Assembly (NCBI GenBank): GCA_050633305.1
Contig: JBOEGF010000005.1
Location: 384,001-448,000, forward strand
Direction: 5' to 3'
DNA from: Nannocystales bacterium
GTDB taxonomy: Bacteria > Myxococcota_A > Polyangia > Nannocystales > Nannocystaceae
DNA: 64,000 nucleotides
The notes beneath the pieces are model-generated. The model saw nothing but the letters and a program-made list of their open reading frames with translations. It searched no databases and was not told the DNA's origin. Position numbers and translations under genes: made by a program. Below are positions 48,730 to 57,911 of this stretch, in pieces (within the stretch, counting starts at the first letter, position 1; the number at the start of each line of letters is the position of its first letter).

Positions 48730-50571
48730 ATGACCGATTCGAGCGAAGCCACCGAGCAGACTCCTTCCACAGGCGCCGAAGAGGTTCGTTGGGACCTTTC
48801 AGACCTCTACAAGGATCTGGACGACCCGCAGTTGGACGCGGACCTGGCCGAGTTGGTCTCGATGGCCGAGTCGTTCTCCACCGAGTACGAGGGCAAGCTC
48901 GCCACGAAGCTGGGGGCCTCGCTCGAGAGCCAGGCCGCAATGACCTGCCTCGCCGAGAAACTCATGGTCTACCTGTTCCTGCGGCGCAGCACGGACGCGA
49001 CCAACCCCAAGATTCAGCAGAAGCTCGGTGTTGTCCAGGAAACATGGAGCCGAACCGAGGCCAACCACCTCAACTTCTTCGAACACGAGCTGGTTGCGAT
49101 GCCGGAGGAGACCTACCAGGGGTTGCTCTCGAGCGATGCGGTGGTCAAGCGCCACCAATCGATGATCGACAACGTGCGCATCAACGGAAAGTACCTGCTC
49201 GAGGAAGGGGTCGAGCGTGCTCTGACGCTGCGCGGTCCGTTTGGGCCCTCAGAGTGGTCCGACTACATCGACGAGTGGGAGGCTGAGCTGCGGTTCGAGT
49301 TCGAGGGGCAGTCGATGATGCTCCCTCAGATCTTGCATGTGATCAGCAATCACCCCGACGGCGACGTGCGTGACCAGGCTCTGGGTGTGTTCAGCAAGGG
49401 GCTGACGGAGCAGAAGTTTGACCGCCTGATGGCGCGCACGCTCAACGTGGTCATCGGGGCGAAGTCGGTGGAGGACGCCGAGCGGGGCTACGCGAGTCCC
49501 ATGTCGGCCCGAAACCTCGGCAACAAGATCGACGATGCCACCGTAGAGGCCTTGCACGACGTGGTGGCACAGACGGGGGCCAAGCACGCCCGCCGCTACT
49601 ACAACCTGCTTCGTAAGCATCTGGGCCGAGACACGCTGCGCTGGAGTGACCGCAACGCCAAGCTTCCTTTCGCAGACAACCGTGTCGTGCCTTGGGCAGA
49701 GTGTATGGACACGGTGCTCTCAGCCTACGGCTCGTTCAGCCCCACGCTGAAGGGACTCGTCTCCACGATGGTCGACCGGAAGTGGGTCGACGCGCCGCCC
49801 TACGAGGGAAAGACCGGCGGAGCGTTCAACTTCGCCGTGTGCCTGCCAGGAGAAGAGGCGCGGGCCTACAACTTCCTCAACTACATGGGCTCGACCCGTG
49901 ATGTGATGACGGTCGCCCACGAGGCGGGCCATGGTGTGCACGGGATGTTGGCTGCCAATGCTCAGGGCCCGCTGATGTTCCGTGCACCGATGGCCTACGC
50001 CGAAACAGCGTCGATCTTCGGCGAGATGACCACGTTCAAGTACCTGCTCGACCGGGCAGAAACCGACGAGCAGCGTTTGGTCATGCTCATGGACAAGTGC
50101 TCGGACCACATCAACACGGTGGTCCGCCAGATCTCGTTCTCCAACTTCGAGCGCCGTATCCACGACGCACGCAAGGCCGGCAAGCTGACCGCCGACGACT
50201 ACGCCGGGCACTGGATGCACGTGACCTACGACTTCTACGGGAAGCCGGGCGACCTCTTCACGTACGACCACACCGAGAACCTGTGGTCGTATGTCAGCCA
50301 CTTCTTGCGTCCGTTCTACGTCTACGCATACGCATTCGGAGAGCTGTTCACGCAGTCCCTGTTCGCGGTGCAGGACAAGTTTGGGGACGACTTCGAGGGC
50401 ATGTACCTCGACCTCCTCAAGGCCGGGGGCAGCAAGGATGCAGTCCAGTTGATGGCACCGTTCGGGCTCGACCCACGGGAGGCGTCGTTCTGGAGCGATG
50501 GCATCGAGGGCAGCCTCGCGAAGTGGCTCGATGAGGCCGAAACGATCAGCGCCAGGATGGGAGTCGAGTAG
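48730..50571 (+). CDS. pepF: M3B oligoendopeptidase F family peptidase
   Basis: WDLSDLY, GKTGGAF, HEAGH, AETASIFGE, PFYVYAYAFG. Confidence 0.9.
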   Translation: MTDSSEATEQTPSTGAEEVRWDLSDLYKDLDDPQLDADLAELVSMAESFSTEYEGKLATKLGASLESQAAMTCLAEKLMVYLFLRRSTDATNPKIQQKLGVVQETWSRTEANHLNFFEHELVAMPEETYQGLLSSDAVVKRHQSMIDNVRINGKYLLEEGVERALTLRGPFGPSEWSDYIDEWEAELRFEFEGQSMMLPQILHVISNHPDGDVRDQALGVFSKGLTEQKFDRLMARTLNVVIGAKSVEDAERGYASPMSARNLGNKIDDATVEALHDVVAQTGAKHARRYYNLLRKHLGRDTLRWSDRNAKLPFADNRVVPWAECMDTVLSAYGSFSPTLKGLVSTMVDRKWVDAPPYEGKTGGAFNFAVCLPGEEARAYNFLNYMGSTRDVMTVAHEAGHGVHGMLAANAQGPLMFRAPMAYAETASIFGEMTTFKYLLDRAETDEQRLVMLMDKCSDHINTVVRQISFSNFERRIHDARKAGKLTADDYAGHWMHVTYDFYGKPGDLFTYDHTENLWSYVSHFLRPFYVYAYAFGELFTQSLFAVQDKFGDDFEGMYLDLLKAGGSKDAVQLMAPFGLDPREASFWSDGIEGSLAKWLDEAETISARMGVE

Positions 50572-50730
50572 CTCCACACGAACCGCAACGGCGATCACGC
50601 TCTTCTTCGCGGTCTTTGCTCCCGCCATCGGAGCGTGCGGCGATCCACGCCCGCATGGCCCAAAACCCTGCCGAGTGAGCTTGGCGCATCATTGCGGGCG
50701 CGGCACGGGCCAGCCTGCTACGCTTGGGCC

Positions 50731-50898
50731 GTGGTTTCGAAGGTCCTTGCGGCGATCGCTATCTTCGCAGTCGCGGCGCGCGTGTTCGTGCGCCGCGACT
50801 CCGAGATCGCGCGACGCTTCCGGATCTTCGTCAACGTCAGCCTACTGGCCATCCTGGTCCTGTACGCGACCCGGCTCGTTCAGCTCTACGTGATCTAG
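50731..50898 (+). CDS. Small two-helix membrane protein
   Basis: 55 aa with two hydrophobic segments; codon usage typical of the region. Confidence 0.55.
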   Translation: MVSKVLAAIAIFAVAARVFVRRDSEIARRFRIFVNVSLLAILVLYATRLVQLYVI

Positions 50899-50952
50899 GC
50901 TCTCGGCGCTGTCGGCCGGGCATGTCTAGTGCTTCTTGGGGCACTCACGCGG

Positions 50953-51711
50953 CTACTCCGCGAACCGGTGTACCGGGACCTCCCGATGTAGCCACGGTAG
51001 ATACCCGTACCGCGCCTCGAGGTCCTCGCCCTCGGGCGGCATCCAGCTGGCCACGACGACTCCGCTGTCGAGCCCGAGTTGCTCCGCGGGGTCGGAGGGG
51101 TTGGAGCGAAACTGCGCGAACTCCAGGTCGCGAAGATGCGGAGAGGCTGCAAGCGCCTCCGCCGACGCTATTGTCAGGTGGTTGTCCGCAACGGACAGCC
51201 AGCGAAGGTTCGCGGCGTGCGGCGAGTCGGCGACCAGCTGTAGGTGGAGGTCGTGCAGGCCGCAGCCGTCCATCCGCAGGGTGCGAATCTTGGCCAGAGC
51301 GGCCGAATCGGCGAGGGCCTCATCGACATCTCGTACGGCGCTCAGATCCAGATGCTGCACGGGTGCGAGGGCGTGGATCTCATCGGCGTGGTTGACGAAG
51401 TTCGACGCACTCAGCCTGATGAGTCCGACGAACCCTCGCAAAAACAGAAAACCGTCGATCCAAGCGTCGATCCCTTGCGTCCAGACGGAGCCATAGGTGT
51501 CCAAAAGCTCCTGGATGCGTTGCCGATTGCTGAGCGAGGCGGGGTTCCTTCGGTCCAGCCCGACTCCATCGAGCTGTAGGCGAATCAGCTCGCCCCGCGA
51601 TGTCCAGCTCGGGTCGGTCAGCGCGTCGCACCAAGCCGCATAGTCGAGCCGGGGCGCGTCCTCATCCGGAGACGCGAGGACCGCCGCGAGTAGTTCTGCC
51701 TCATCTGCCAT
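50953..51711 (-). CDS. TIGR02996-like domain + LRR protein (candidate immunity protein)
   Basis: LLAAVLASPDEDAPRLDYAAW..RGELIRLQ, FLRGF, LRR-like repeats; SD GGAAAGGA. Confidence 0.8.
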   Translation of the reverse strand: MADEAELLAAVLASPDEDAPRLDYAAWCDALTDPSWTSRGELIRLQLDGVGLDRRNPASLSNRQRIQELLDTYGSVWTQGIDAWIDGFLFLRGFVGLIRLSASNFVNHADEIHALAPVQHLDLSAVRDVDEALADSAALAKIRTLRMDGCGLHDLHLQLVADSPHAANLRWLSVADNHLTIASAEALAASPHLRDLEFAQFRSNPSDPAEQLGLDSGVVVASWMPPEGEDLEARYGYLPWLHREVPVHRFAE

Positions 51712-51766
51712 TCGTGGTCATCCTTTCCAAGTTCATCATCGACCCGTTTCGTCTGTCTTCCGCGCG

Positions 51767-54079
51767 TCACCGGTTCGGATAGGAGAACCGGACCTTTCCC
51801 TCTCGCACCAGCTTCGCGAGGAACCTCATCGAGTGCTGGGTGTCGCGGGTGTTGACCAGGGCTTGGTACCGAGCGCTCTCGCTGTACTCGCCAAACTCGG
51901 CATCGGGCATCATCGTCACCATCTCCTCCCGGTTGGCCCGAATGTCAGCTGCGAATGTTCCGAATCTCAGCGTTGCATCTGCAACCGCGCGGCGGCGTCG
52001 CCCGACGACCGCGTTGAATCGTCTCCGCCTGATGCCGCTGGCCGCGATGAACGCTTCGCTGGCCCCGCGAGGCGTCCTCTGTTCCGCTCTGAGCGCAGCG
52101 TCTTCCGCCCTGACCCGACCGCTCGCTTCCCTGAGCGCGGCTTCGGCGGCCCTGAGCTCTTCAAGCATGCCGCGAACGTCCCCGCCTGCGGTGGGAATGC
52201 AGACTGCGATCAGCTCGCGGAGGTTCTCGTAGCCATTGAGCTCTTTTCGGAAGAAGACGATGCGCTCAGCGTAGTCGGGCCGGATGAGGTATTGAACCTC
52301 TCGGAGGGTCATCGTGTTGATGTTCCTGTTGTATGTCTCGGGGATTGCTCTCCCTGGGAGGTGGCCAGGCGTCGGCGGACTCCTGAAGTACCCGTTCGCA
52401 ACGGCTGTGTTGATCGCACAAATGATGAAGCCGTCCGGCACTGCGCACTTCGGCAACGTGTCGTGGTAGTCCCACATGGCGGCGGCATCGAGAGCCTCGC
52501 CGTTCTGCCAGTCTCCAATCCCCTGACCAGGGTAGTTGTTGCTTGCAGCGCCAAGGATCCGGACGCGGCCGTTGTCCGCTTGCAACCCGACCATCCGGTT
52601 TTCGAGTTGAAGTGGAGCGAAGTTTAGCTGCCTCGCAAATGACTTCGGTTGGCCGAGCGTGTTTGACTGCTGTCCATTGGGGATGACGAGTCGGCTGTAG
52701 AGCCTGGTGGGGTTGGGATCGCCAAGCCCATAGATCACGTTCATCTGGTACTCGCCGCCGTACATCCACCATCCGTTCTCCTCGTCCAGGACTCTCTCCT
52801 GTTGAAAGAAGTCTCGAATGGTGCCCCGGGCGCCTCCCGAGCTCTGGAGCCGGACATCGACTTTGTTCGACTCCTCGTCGAACTCAACCTCGTTGAGTGA
52901 GGCGTTCTTTCCCATCCTGCCCTTGACCCCCGCTGGGAAGATGTTGCTTTCTTGGTCAGTCTCCAGGATTCCTGTGCCGTCGTAGAGGTCGCCAAGTTCG
53001 AATCGTTTGCCCAACTCGAAGGGCGGCAGCACCAGTGGGGGATGCGGCGCCCAGTGGGGGTGGCTTTCTGGGTACTGGAGAAATGTCCTGTTTCGAGGGT
53101 TGAGGAGAATTGGCGTCAGACCTGAGCGCCCGAACCAGTCCGCCGGGCAGTCGGCGTCACGGGCCTTCTCTGCTGCGTTGAGGCCCACGCCCCCACCCGC
53201 AGTGACGCAGATTCGTTCGGTGAAGTGCCAACTCACTTCATCGCGAATCGCATCGACGCCGTTCATGACCTTGCGGTTCTTCTGCTCGTCGGTCCAGTTT
53301 TCCGGCGAGATCCATGGAGGGGTTCGTGCCGCGACAATGACGTCGCTTTCATTCGGGGCAGGCTGACCTGCCGTCGGGAAGACCTGAGGGCGCCCCGGCC
53401 CCGTGCAAATGTCGATCTTCGATGCGTAGACCAACTCCGCAGTGCCGGTCGAGGGGTCGTACAGGCACAAGCGATAGGGGGCCTCGCCCGGCGGGTGGGC
53501 GGGCCATGCTCGGTGCGCTTGGACGTTGACCAGGCCGACGACACCGTCCCCACCTTCTTCATTCGCGAAGTCGCCCTCCGGGAGACCGACCTGGCTCGGA
53601 CGGCGCTGGATGAGGGCGACCCAGCGTTCTCGGGTTTGTCCCTCGGCGCCCTTGGCTCGCTCGGCCTCCGCGTCGATCCTGTCTCCAAAGTGCTGGGAGT
53701 CTAGGCCGGAGTCTTTCGTTGGCCCCGTCATCATTGCGTCGTTGTCGAAGCCTGGGAAACTCAAGAGGTGGTTCGGTTGCCCCAACCCGTGCTGGAAGTA
53801 CTTGGGCCACGGGTTCGGAAACCCGATGTGCATGATCGTCTTGCCTTCGACGCGGTTGTCGTCCGAGCGATCCGCCTGCAGTGTCGTGCTGTTGACAACA
53901 GCCATGGGTCCCCTTCCGATGATCACGTAATAGACCTCGGGCGGCTGCATGTTGATCGCGTTGACACCGCCTCCCAGCGCGGCGGCAGCCTGCACTGGAG
54001 GCGGGGCCGGCTGGACCGGCTGCGCTGCTTGGTTCCGCTGGAGCTGAGCGAAGATGTTCAGAGGATTAGCTTGACCCAT
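51767..54079 (-). CDS. 770-aa candidate toxin/effector with flavoprotein-like motifs and a ComEA-like HhH domain
   Basis: VIIGRGPMA, ICTGPG, AGGGVGLNAA, RILGAA; NINTMTLREVQ..AERIVFFR..NGYENLREL. Confidence 0.65.
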   Translation of the reverse strand: MGQANPLNIFAQLQRNQAAQPVQPAPPPVQAAAALGGGVNAINMQPPEVYYVIIGRGPMAVVNSTTLQADRSDDNRVEGKTIMHIGFPNPWPKYFQHGLGQPNHLLSFPGFDNDAMMTGPTKDSGLDSQHFGDRIDAEAERAKGAEGQTRERWVALIQRRPSQVGLPEGDFANEEGGDGVVGLVNVQAHRAWPAHPPGEAPYRLCLYDPSTGTAELVYASKIDICTGPGRPQVFPTAGQPAPNESDVIVAARTPPWISPENWTDEQKNRKVMNGVDAIRDEVSWHFTERICVTAGGGVGLNAAEKARDADCPADWFGRSGLTPILLNPRNRTFLQYPESHPHWAPHPPLVLPPFELGKRFELGDLYDGTGILETDQESNIFPAGVKGRMGKNASLNEVEFDEESNKVDVRLQSSGGARGTIRDFFQQERVLDEENGWWMYGGEYQMNVIYGLGDPNPTRLYSRLVIPNGQQSNTLGQPKSFARQLNFAPLQLENRMVGLQADNGRVRILGAASNNYPGQGIGDWQNGEALDAAAMWDYHDTLPKCAVPDGFIICAINTAVANGYFRSPPTPGHLPGRAIPETYNRNINTMTLREVQYLIRPDYAERIVFFRKELNGYENLRELIAVCIPTAGGDVRGMLEELRAAEAALREASGRVRAEDAALRAEQRTPRGASEAFIAASGIRRRRFNAVVGRRRRAVADATLRFGTFAADIRANREEMVTMMPDAEFGEYSESARYQALVNTRDTQHSMRFLAKLVREGKVRFSYPNR

Positions 54080-54863
54080 GTCTTCGAAGCCTTTCGTCGG
54101 CGCTGTTTCGCTGCACTCGAGTCAGCCTTGCGTACCGCCGGATCGCGAGCAGCCCGCTGGCGTGGAGGCGCCCCGCGTGGTCGGTCGGGTTCTCCGCCGT
54201 CCGACGCTGCACCGCGCGGGACGCCCAGGGGTGGAACGGGTCCTGGTCGAAGCCGCGACCCAGCAGAAACATCAGCATCACCCAGACACCGACACCTGCG
54301 TTCGTGGTCAGCCCGTGTGCGTGTGTCAAGGAACGACCGTGTTCGATGAGCTGCTGAACTGCGGGCTCGCCGAGCAGTTCGTACTTGGGGCGGAACATTA
54401 GGCCGAGAAGTTGGTGAAGCCCTGGGTCGTCTTCGCTGTGTGCCGCAATCTCGTCGAAGTCATGGTGGAGCACCCACGCCAGTGCCCGTCGGTACAGGGC
54501 TCCGTCGGGACCGATCATGGGCTCCATTCGGGCAGCCGAGGTCGCCAGCAGGGCGGCCATGGCGTCTCTGCGGTTGGCGGCGTTGTGCTTGCGCAGGCTC
54601 GCGCCGGCCCACGGTAGCTGCGGGTCTTCGTCGAAATGGACCCCCAGCAAGACCATCAGGCTCACGAAGGCCGATACGTCGGCCTGCGCGTGAAAACCAT
54701 GTCTCTGTGCACGCGCAATCCCGATGTCGACGGCCGCACGCGCGCCCGGGTCGGTGAGCACCAAGCAGTGTTGTGGAAAGTGAACCCAAAGGTCCTCGAG
54801 GACCGCCTCGCGCGTCTGGATGTGCTTTGGGGTCCCCGATTGGAGTGCTTCGTGTTGGGTCAT
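54066..54863 (-). CDS. Tandem helical domain protein, T6SS adaptor (DUF4123 C-terminal)-like
   Basis: Two copies of FP..G..RA..HG..V..LM.LLG..FD.DP..PWA. Confidence 0.65.
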   Translation of the reverse strand: MTQHEALQSGTPKHIQTREAVLEDLWVHFPQHCLVLTDPGARAAVDIGIARAQRHGFHAQADVSAFVSLMVLLGVHFDEDPQLPWAGASLRKHNAANRRDAMAALLATSAARMEPMIGPDGALYRRALAWVLHHDFDEIAAHSEDDPGLHQLLGLMFRPKYELLGEPAVQQLIEHGRSLTHAHGLTTNAGVGVWVMLMFLLGRGFDQDPFHPWASRAVQRRTAENPTDHAGRLHASGLLAIRRYARLTRVQRNSADERLRRHGSS

Positions 54864-54877
54864 CGGCAGGCGCTCCG

Positions 54878-55525
54878 CTACGCGTTCCCGGCATGAACGG
54901 CCGACAGGGCGGCGACCGTGGCCTGGTCGAGCTCCCCGGTGGGGTCGAGTTCTTGGACCCGCTGAAACCGCCGCAACGCAGCGGCGGTTGCGTCGTCGAG
55001 TGTTCCGTGGGCCTGGCCCTCGTAGTAGCCGAGGTTTGCCAGGCGGGCCTGCGCACCGTCGACGTCTTCGGTCGGGTTGAGCGTTCGTGGTGAGATGTCG
55101 TAGACCCGCTCCTCGTCTCCCTCGCCGACCCGCAAGATGACCTTGGTCAGGTCCGGCGGGACATACACTTCAACAACTCCGTTCGCGTCTGTCGTCCCGG
55201 CAAACGTCTTCCCGCTGTGCTCGAGGGTGTAGTCGAGGTTGGCGAGCGGTTCGTCGCACTCGAGCAGCTGAAGACGCAGCATCTCCGGTACCCCTTTGAG
55301 CTCAAAGCGATGGAGCTTCCCCGTCGGGCAGGTTTCTTCGCGCGGCTTCAGGGGGGGGATCTGCACGATGTCCCCGGGCTTGAGGACGAAGGGGGTGTCA
55401 CGCGTGGCCTTGAGTTCCGCGTTGGCGGGGTGGGACCACAGCGACTCCCAGAAAAAGCCGTGTTCGTAGGCGATGCTCGACATGCACTCGCCTTGTTGGA
55501 CCGTGTGTTTCTTCGTGGAACTCAT
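54878..55525 (-). CDS. LysM-like + transthyretin-like + peptidoglycan-binding domain protein
   Basis: HTVQQGECMSSIA..LKPGD; GTTDANG; QARLANLGYY..ALRRFQ..TGELD. Confidence 0.82.
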   Translation of the reverse strand: MSSTKKHTVQQGECMSSIAYEHGFFWESLWSHPANAELKATRDTPFVLKPGDIVQIPPLKPREETCPTGKLHRFELKGVPEMLRLQLLECDEPLANLDYTLEHSGKTFAGTTDANGVVEVYVPPDLTKVILRVGEGDEERVYDISPRTLNPTEDVDGAQARLANLGYYEGQAHGTLDDATAAALRRFQRVQELDPTGELDQATVAALSAVHAGNA

Positions 55526-55560
55526 CGGGACAGACTTCGTTGGTGTTGCGAAACGACTCG

Positions 55561-56103
55561 TCACAGGGGTTCGGCGTGGACGTAACTCCAGGCCTCGCTG
55601 TCGAATTCAGGGAACGACACTTTGCAGGTACCGGCCTTTCGGATTTCCCGAATCTCGGCCCGTCCGTCGTGGTCGAGGCTGCCGCTGTGGGTTCGGCCGG
55701 CGGGGTCCAGGAGGCGATACGCGGCTCCGGCGATGGGTTCGTCCAGGGCGTTGACGAGCTCGAGCACAACGGCGTGGAGCGGAACTTCGTCCTCGTTGTC
55801 GTCCTCGGGGAGCAGCGCGGTGAGGTCGGTCGGTGCGGATGACCCCTTGGCTGACCCCGCGGATGGATGCCAAGCGACGTACTCGAGCTCCCCGCAGGCG
55901 AGGGCTCGCATCGCCTTTTCCGCGATGCGATCACCGGATTCGACCCACGCGTTGAGGAGGTTTGCGAGCGCTCGGGCGCCCGAAACGGTACTCGCGAACT
56001 CGCGGACTTCGAGCTCAACCTGGCGTGGCACATCCACGAATCTCCGGAACGGACTTCCCGAGACTTGGAGGGCGCCGAACCCGAGTTGCAGGCGTCGAAA
56101 CAT
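55561..56103 (-). CDS. Hypothetical protein with C-terminal transthyretin-like (VgrG/PAAR-extension-type) domain
   Basis: LELVNALDEPIAGAAYRL..GSLDHDGRA..GTCKVSFPE. Confidence 0.65.
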   Translation of the reverse strand: MFRRLQLGFGALQVSGSPFRRFVDVPRQVELEVREFASTVSGARALANLLNAWVESGDRIAEKAMRALACGELEYVAWHPSAGSAKGSSAPTDLTALLPEDDNEDEVPLHAVVLELVNALDEPIAGAAYRLLDPAGRTHSGSLDHDGRAEIREIRKAGTCKVSFPEFDSEAWSYVHAEPL

Positions 56104-56502
56104 GGAGACCTCACGATGTTTTCGCGCCGCGGACCTCCCAATGTCGCCCCGGTTTCGCCGCGGGCTCGGGGGGGTCGAGCGGGGTCATAGAAGCGATCAA
56201 TCGGTCGGATAGGGACGAAGTATTGGCAACGCTGCCGCCGTCATAGGCGACGAGCTCGGCGGCGAAAAGGGCCGCACGGGTCCATCGGCCTTCACGGCCG
56301 TGGGCGGCTTCTGCGGTCCTCGGTAGGAGGTGTCCTGCACATCGGGATTCCGTCTCGATCGAAGAACCCGGGGCCGGGCGCGCCACACCCTCCAACGGCA
56401 CTGACCCGTCGCCGTCGCTCGTCCACAAGAGCCTCTCGCGGATGCTGACCTCGCGATGCGTGCCTCGCACCGTGTCGTGTGTAGAGCCGAAGGAGGCCTA
56501 CA

Positions 56503-57774
56503 TTGAGCCTCGACCAGGAGAGGCCCCCGCCGCATGAGCTGCCTATGGGCGAGCCTGCCGTCGACCAATCCGAAGCGCTTCAGCGGCTCTACGAAACGTT
56601 CCCGTACCCAAGGGAGGTTTCCGGCCTCGACGACTTCAAGGCGGGCAAGCGGCAGCCGATCTGGAACCCCAAGACCAGCTACTCGGTGTTCTTTCCGGAA
56701 TCGAAGCCCCGTGCGGACCTCGATATCCTCGTCGCCGGGTGTGGAACCAACCTCGTCCCCGTGTTCGGCGCCTTCATGCCCGAGGCGCGAATCGTTGGGG
56801 TCGACATCTCGACCGCCTCGCTGGAGATCAGCGCCGAACAGTGCGCCTCGAATGGCATCGCCAACGTCGAGCATCGAAGGCTCCGCCTCGAGGAGGTCGC
56901 ATCGCTGGGAGAGAGCTTCGACTTCGTGTGTTGCACAGGCGTGCTTCACCACCTCGAGGACCCCGTCGCCGGGCTGCGGGCACTCGGCGACGTGACGCGG
57001 CCCGATGGCGCGATCATGGCGATGGTGTACGCCCGGTACGGTCGGCAGGGCATCTACATGCTTCAGGAGCTGGCGACGATGCTGGGCCTGCGTATCGACG
57101 AACTCAGCGCAGCCAAGACCCAGAAACTCCTCGCCTTGCTGCCTGCGACGCACCCCTTCCGGGCGGTCTACCGTGAGGTCGGAGAGATGATCAGCATCGA
57201 GGAGGTGATGGACATGATCCTCAACCCCCGGGACCGAAGCTTTCGGGTTCACGATGTTCGGGACCTGGTGGACGGCGCTGGGCTCCGCTTCCATCGCTGG
57301 CTCGGCAACGCGCCCTACTTGCCGGAGATGACGGCGCTGGGGCAGGCAGGTCTGCTACCCGAAGCCGACGCGCTTGGGCCTTGGGACCGGGCCGCCGCTG
57401 CCGAGCTGGCGTTTGGGAACATCATCAAGCACAGCTTTGTCGTCACCCATCCCGGACGAGAGAGCGCCGCGGAGCTGTTCGAGGGAGCCGCGCTCCTCGA
57501 CGCGTATCCAGCGTTGTCGACTCACCTCAGGGTCGAGCATTCCGGAGCGAATCTGGTCGTCACCAACGAGGGCCATGCGGTGCCGATCCAGACGGCCGCG
57601 CCGGTTGCCGAGATGGCCGCGTTGCTCAAGGCGTGCGACGGCAGTCGGACCGTTGCCCAGTTGGCCTCTGCGCTCGGGGACACGGTGGTCTCCGCATACC
57701 GGCATCTGTACAACGCGGATGCGATCACGCTTTCGCGGGTCCCGTGCGTCACACCGACGTCTGCACCTCGCTGA
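56503..57774 (+). CDS. Class I SAM-dependent methyltransferase
   Basis: YETFPYP, ILVAGCGT, GVDIS, GVLHHLEDP, MVYARYGR; AGGAGG 6 nt before the TTG start. Confidence 0.88.
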   Translation: MSLDQERPPPHELPMGEPAVDQSEALQRLYETFPYPREVSGLDDFKAGKRQPIWNPKTSYSVFFPESKPRADLDILVAGCGTNLVPVFGAFMPEARIVGVDISTASLEISAEQCASNGIANVEHRRLRLEEVASLGESFDFVCCTGVLHHLEDPVAGLRALGDVTRPDGAIMAMVYARYGRQGIYMLQELATMLGLRIDELSAAKTQKLLALLPATHPFRAVYREVGEMISIEEVMDMILNPRDRSFRVHDVRDLVDGAGLRFHRWLGNAPYLPEMTALGQAGLLPEADALGPWDRAAAAELAFGNIIKHSFVVTHPGRESAAELFEGAALLDAYPALSTHLRVEHSGANLVVTNEGHAVPIQTAAPVAEMAALLKACDGSRTVAQLASALGDTVVSAYRHLYNADAITLSRVPCVTPTSAPR

Positions 57775-57911
57775 GTGCTTCGGAGCCGTCCCACAGCGCG
57801 TCTGGACCCGGTGCATCAGCGGCTGGGGCAGCGTGCGCTGTGGTCTCCGACTGCGGTCCGAGCATCGAGCGCTTGCGTGCCGTCGCCGCGCGACGCTACC
57901 GTCCGAGCGCC

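Noticed and set aside
56104..56502. A hidden PAAR or hcp gene upstream of the effector cassette
   Set aside because: No frame shows PAAR, DUF4150 or Hcp motifs
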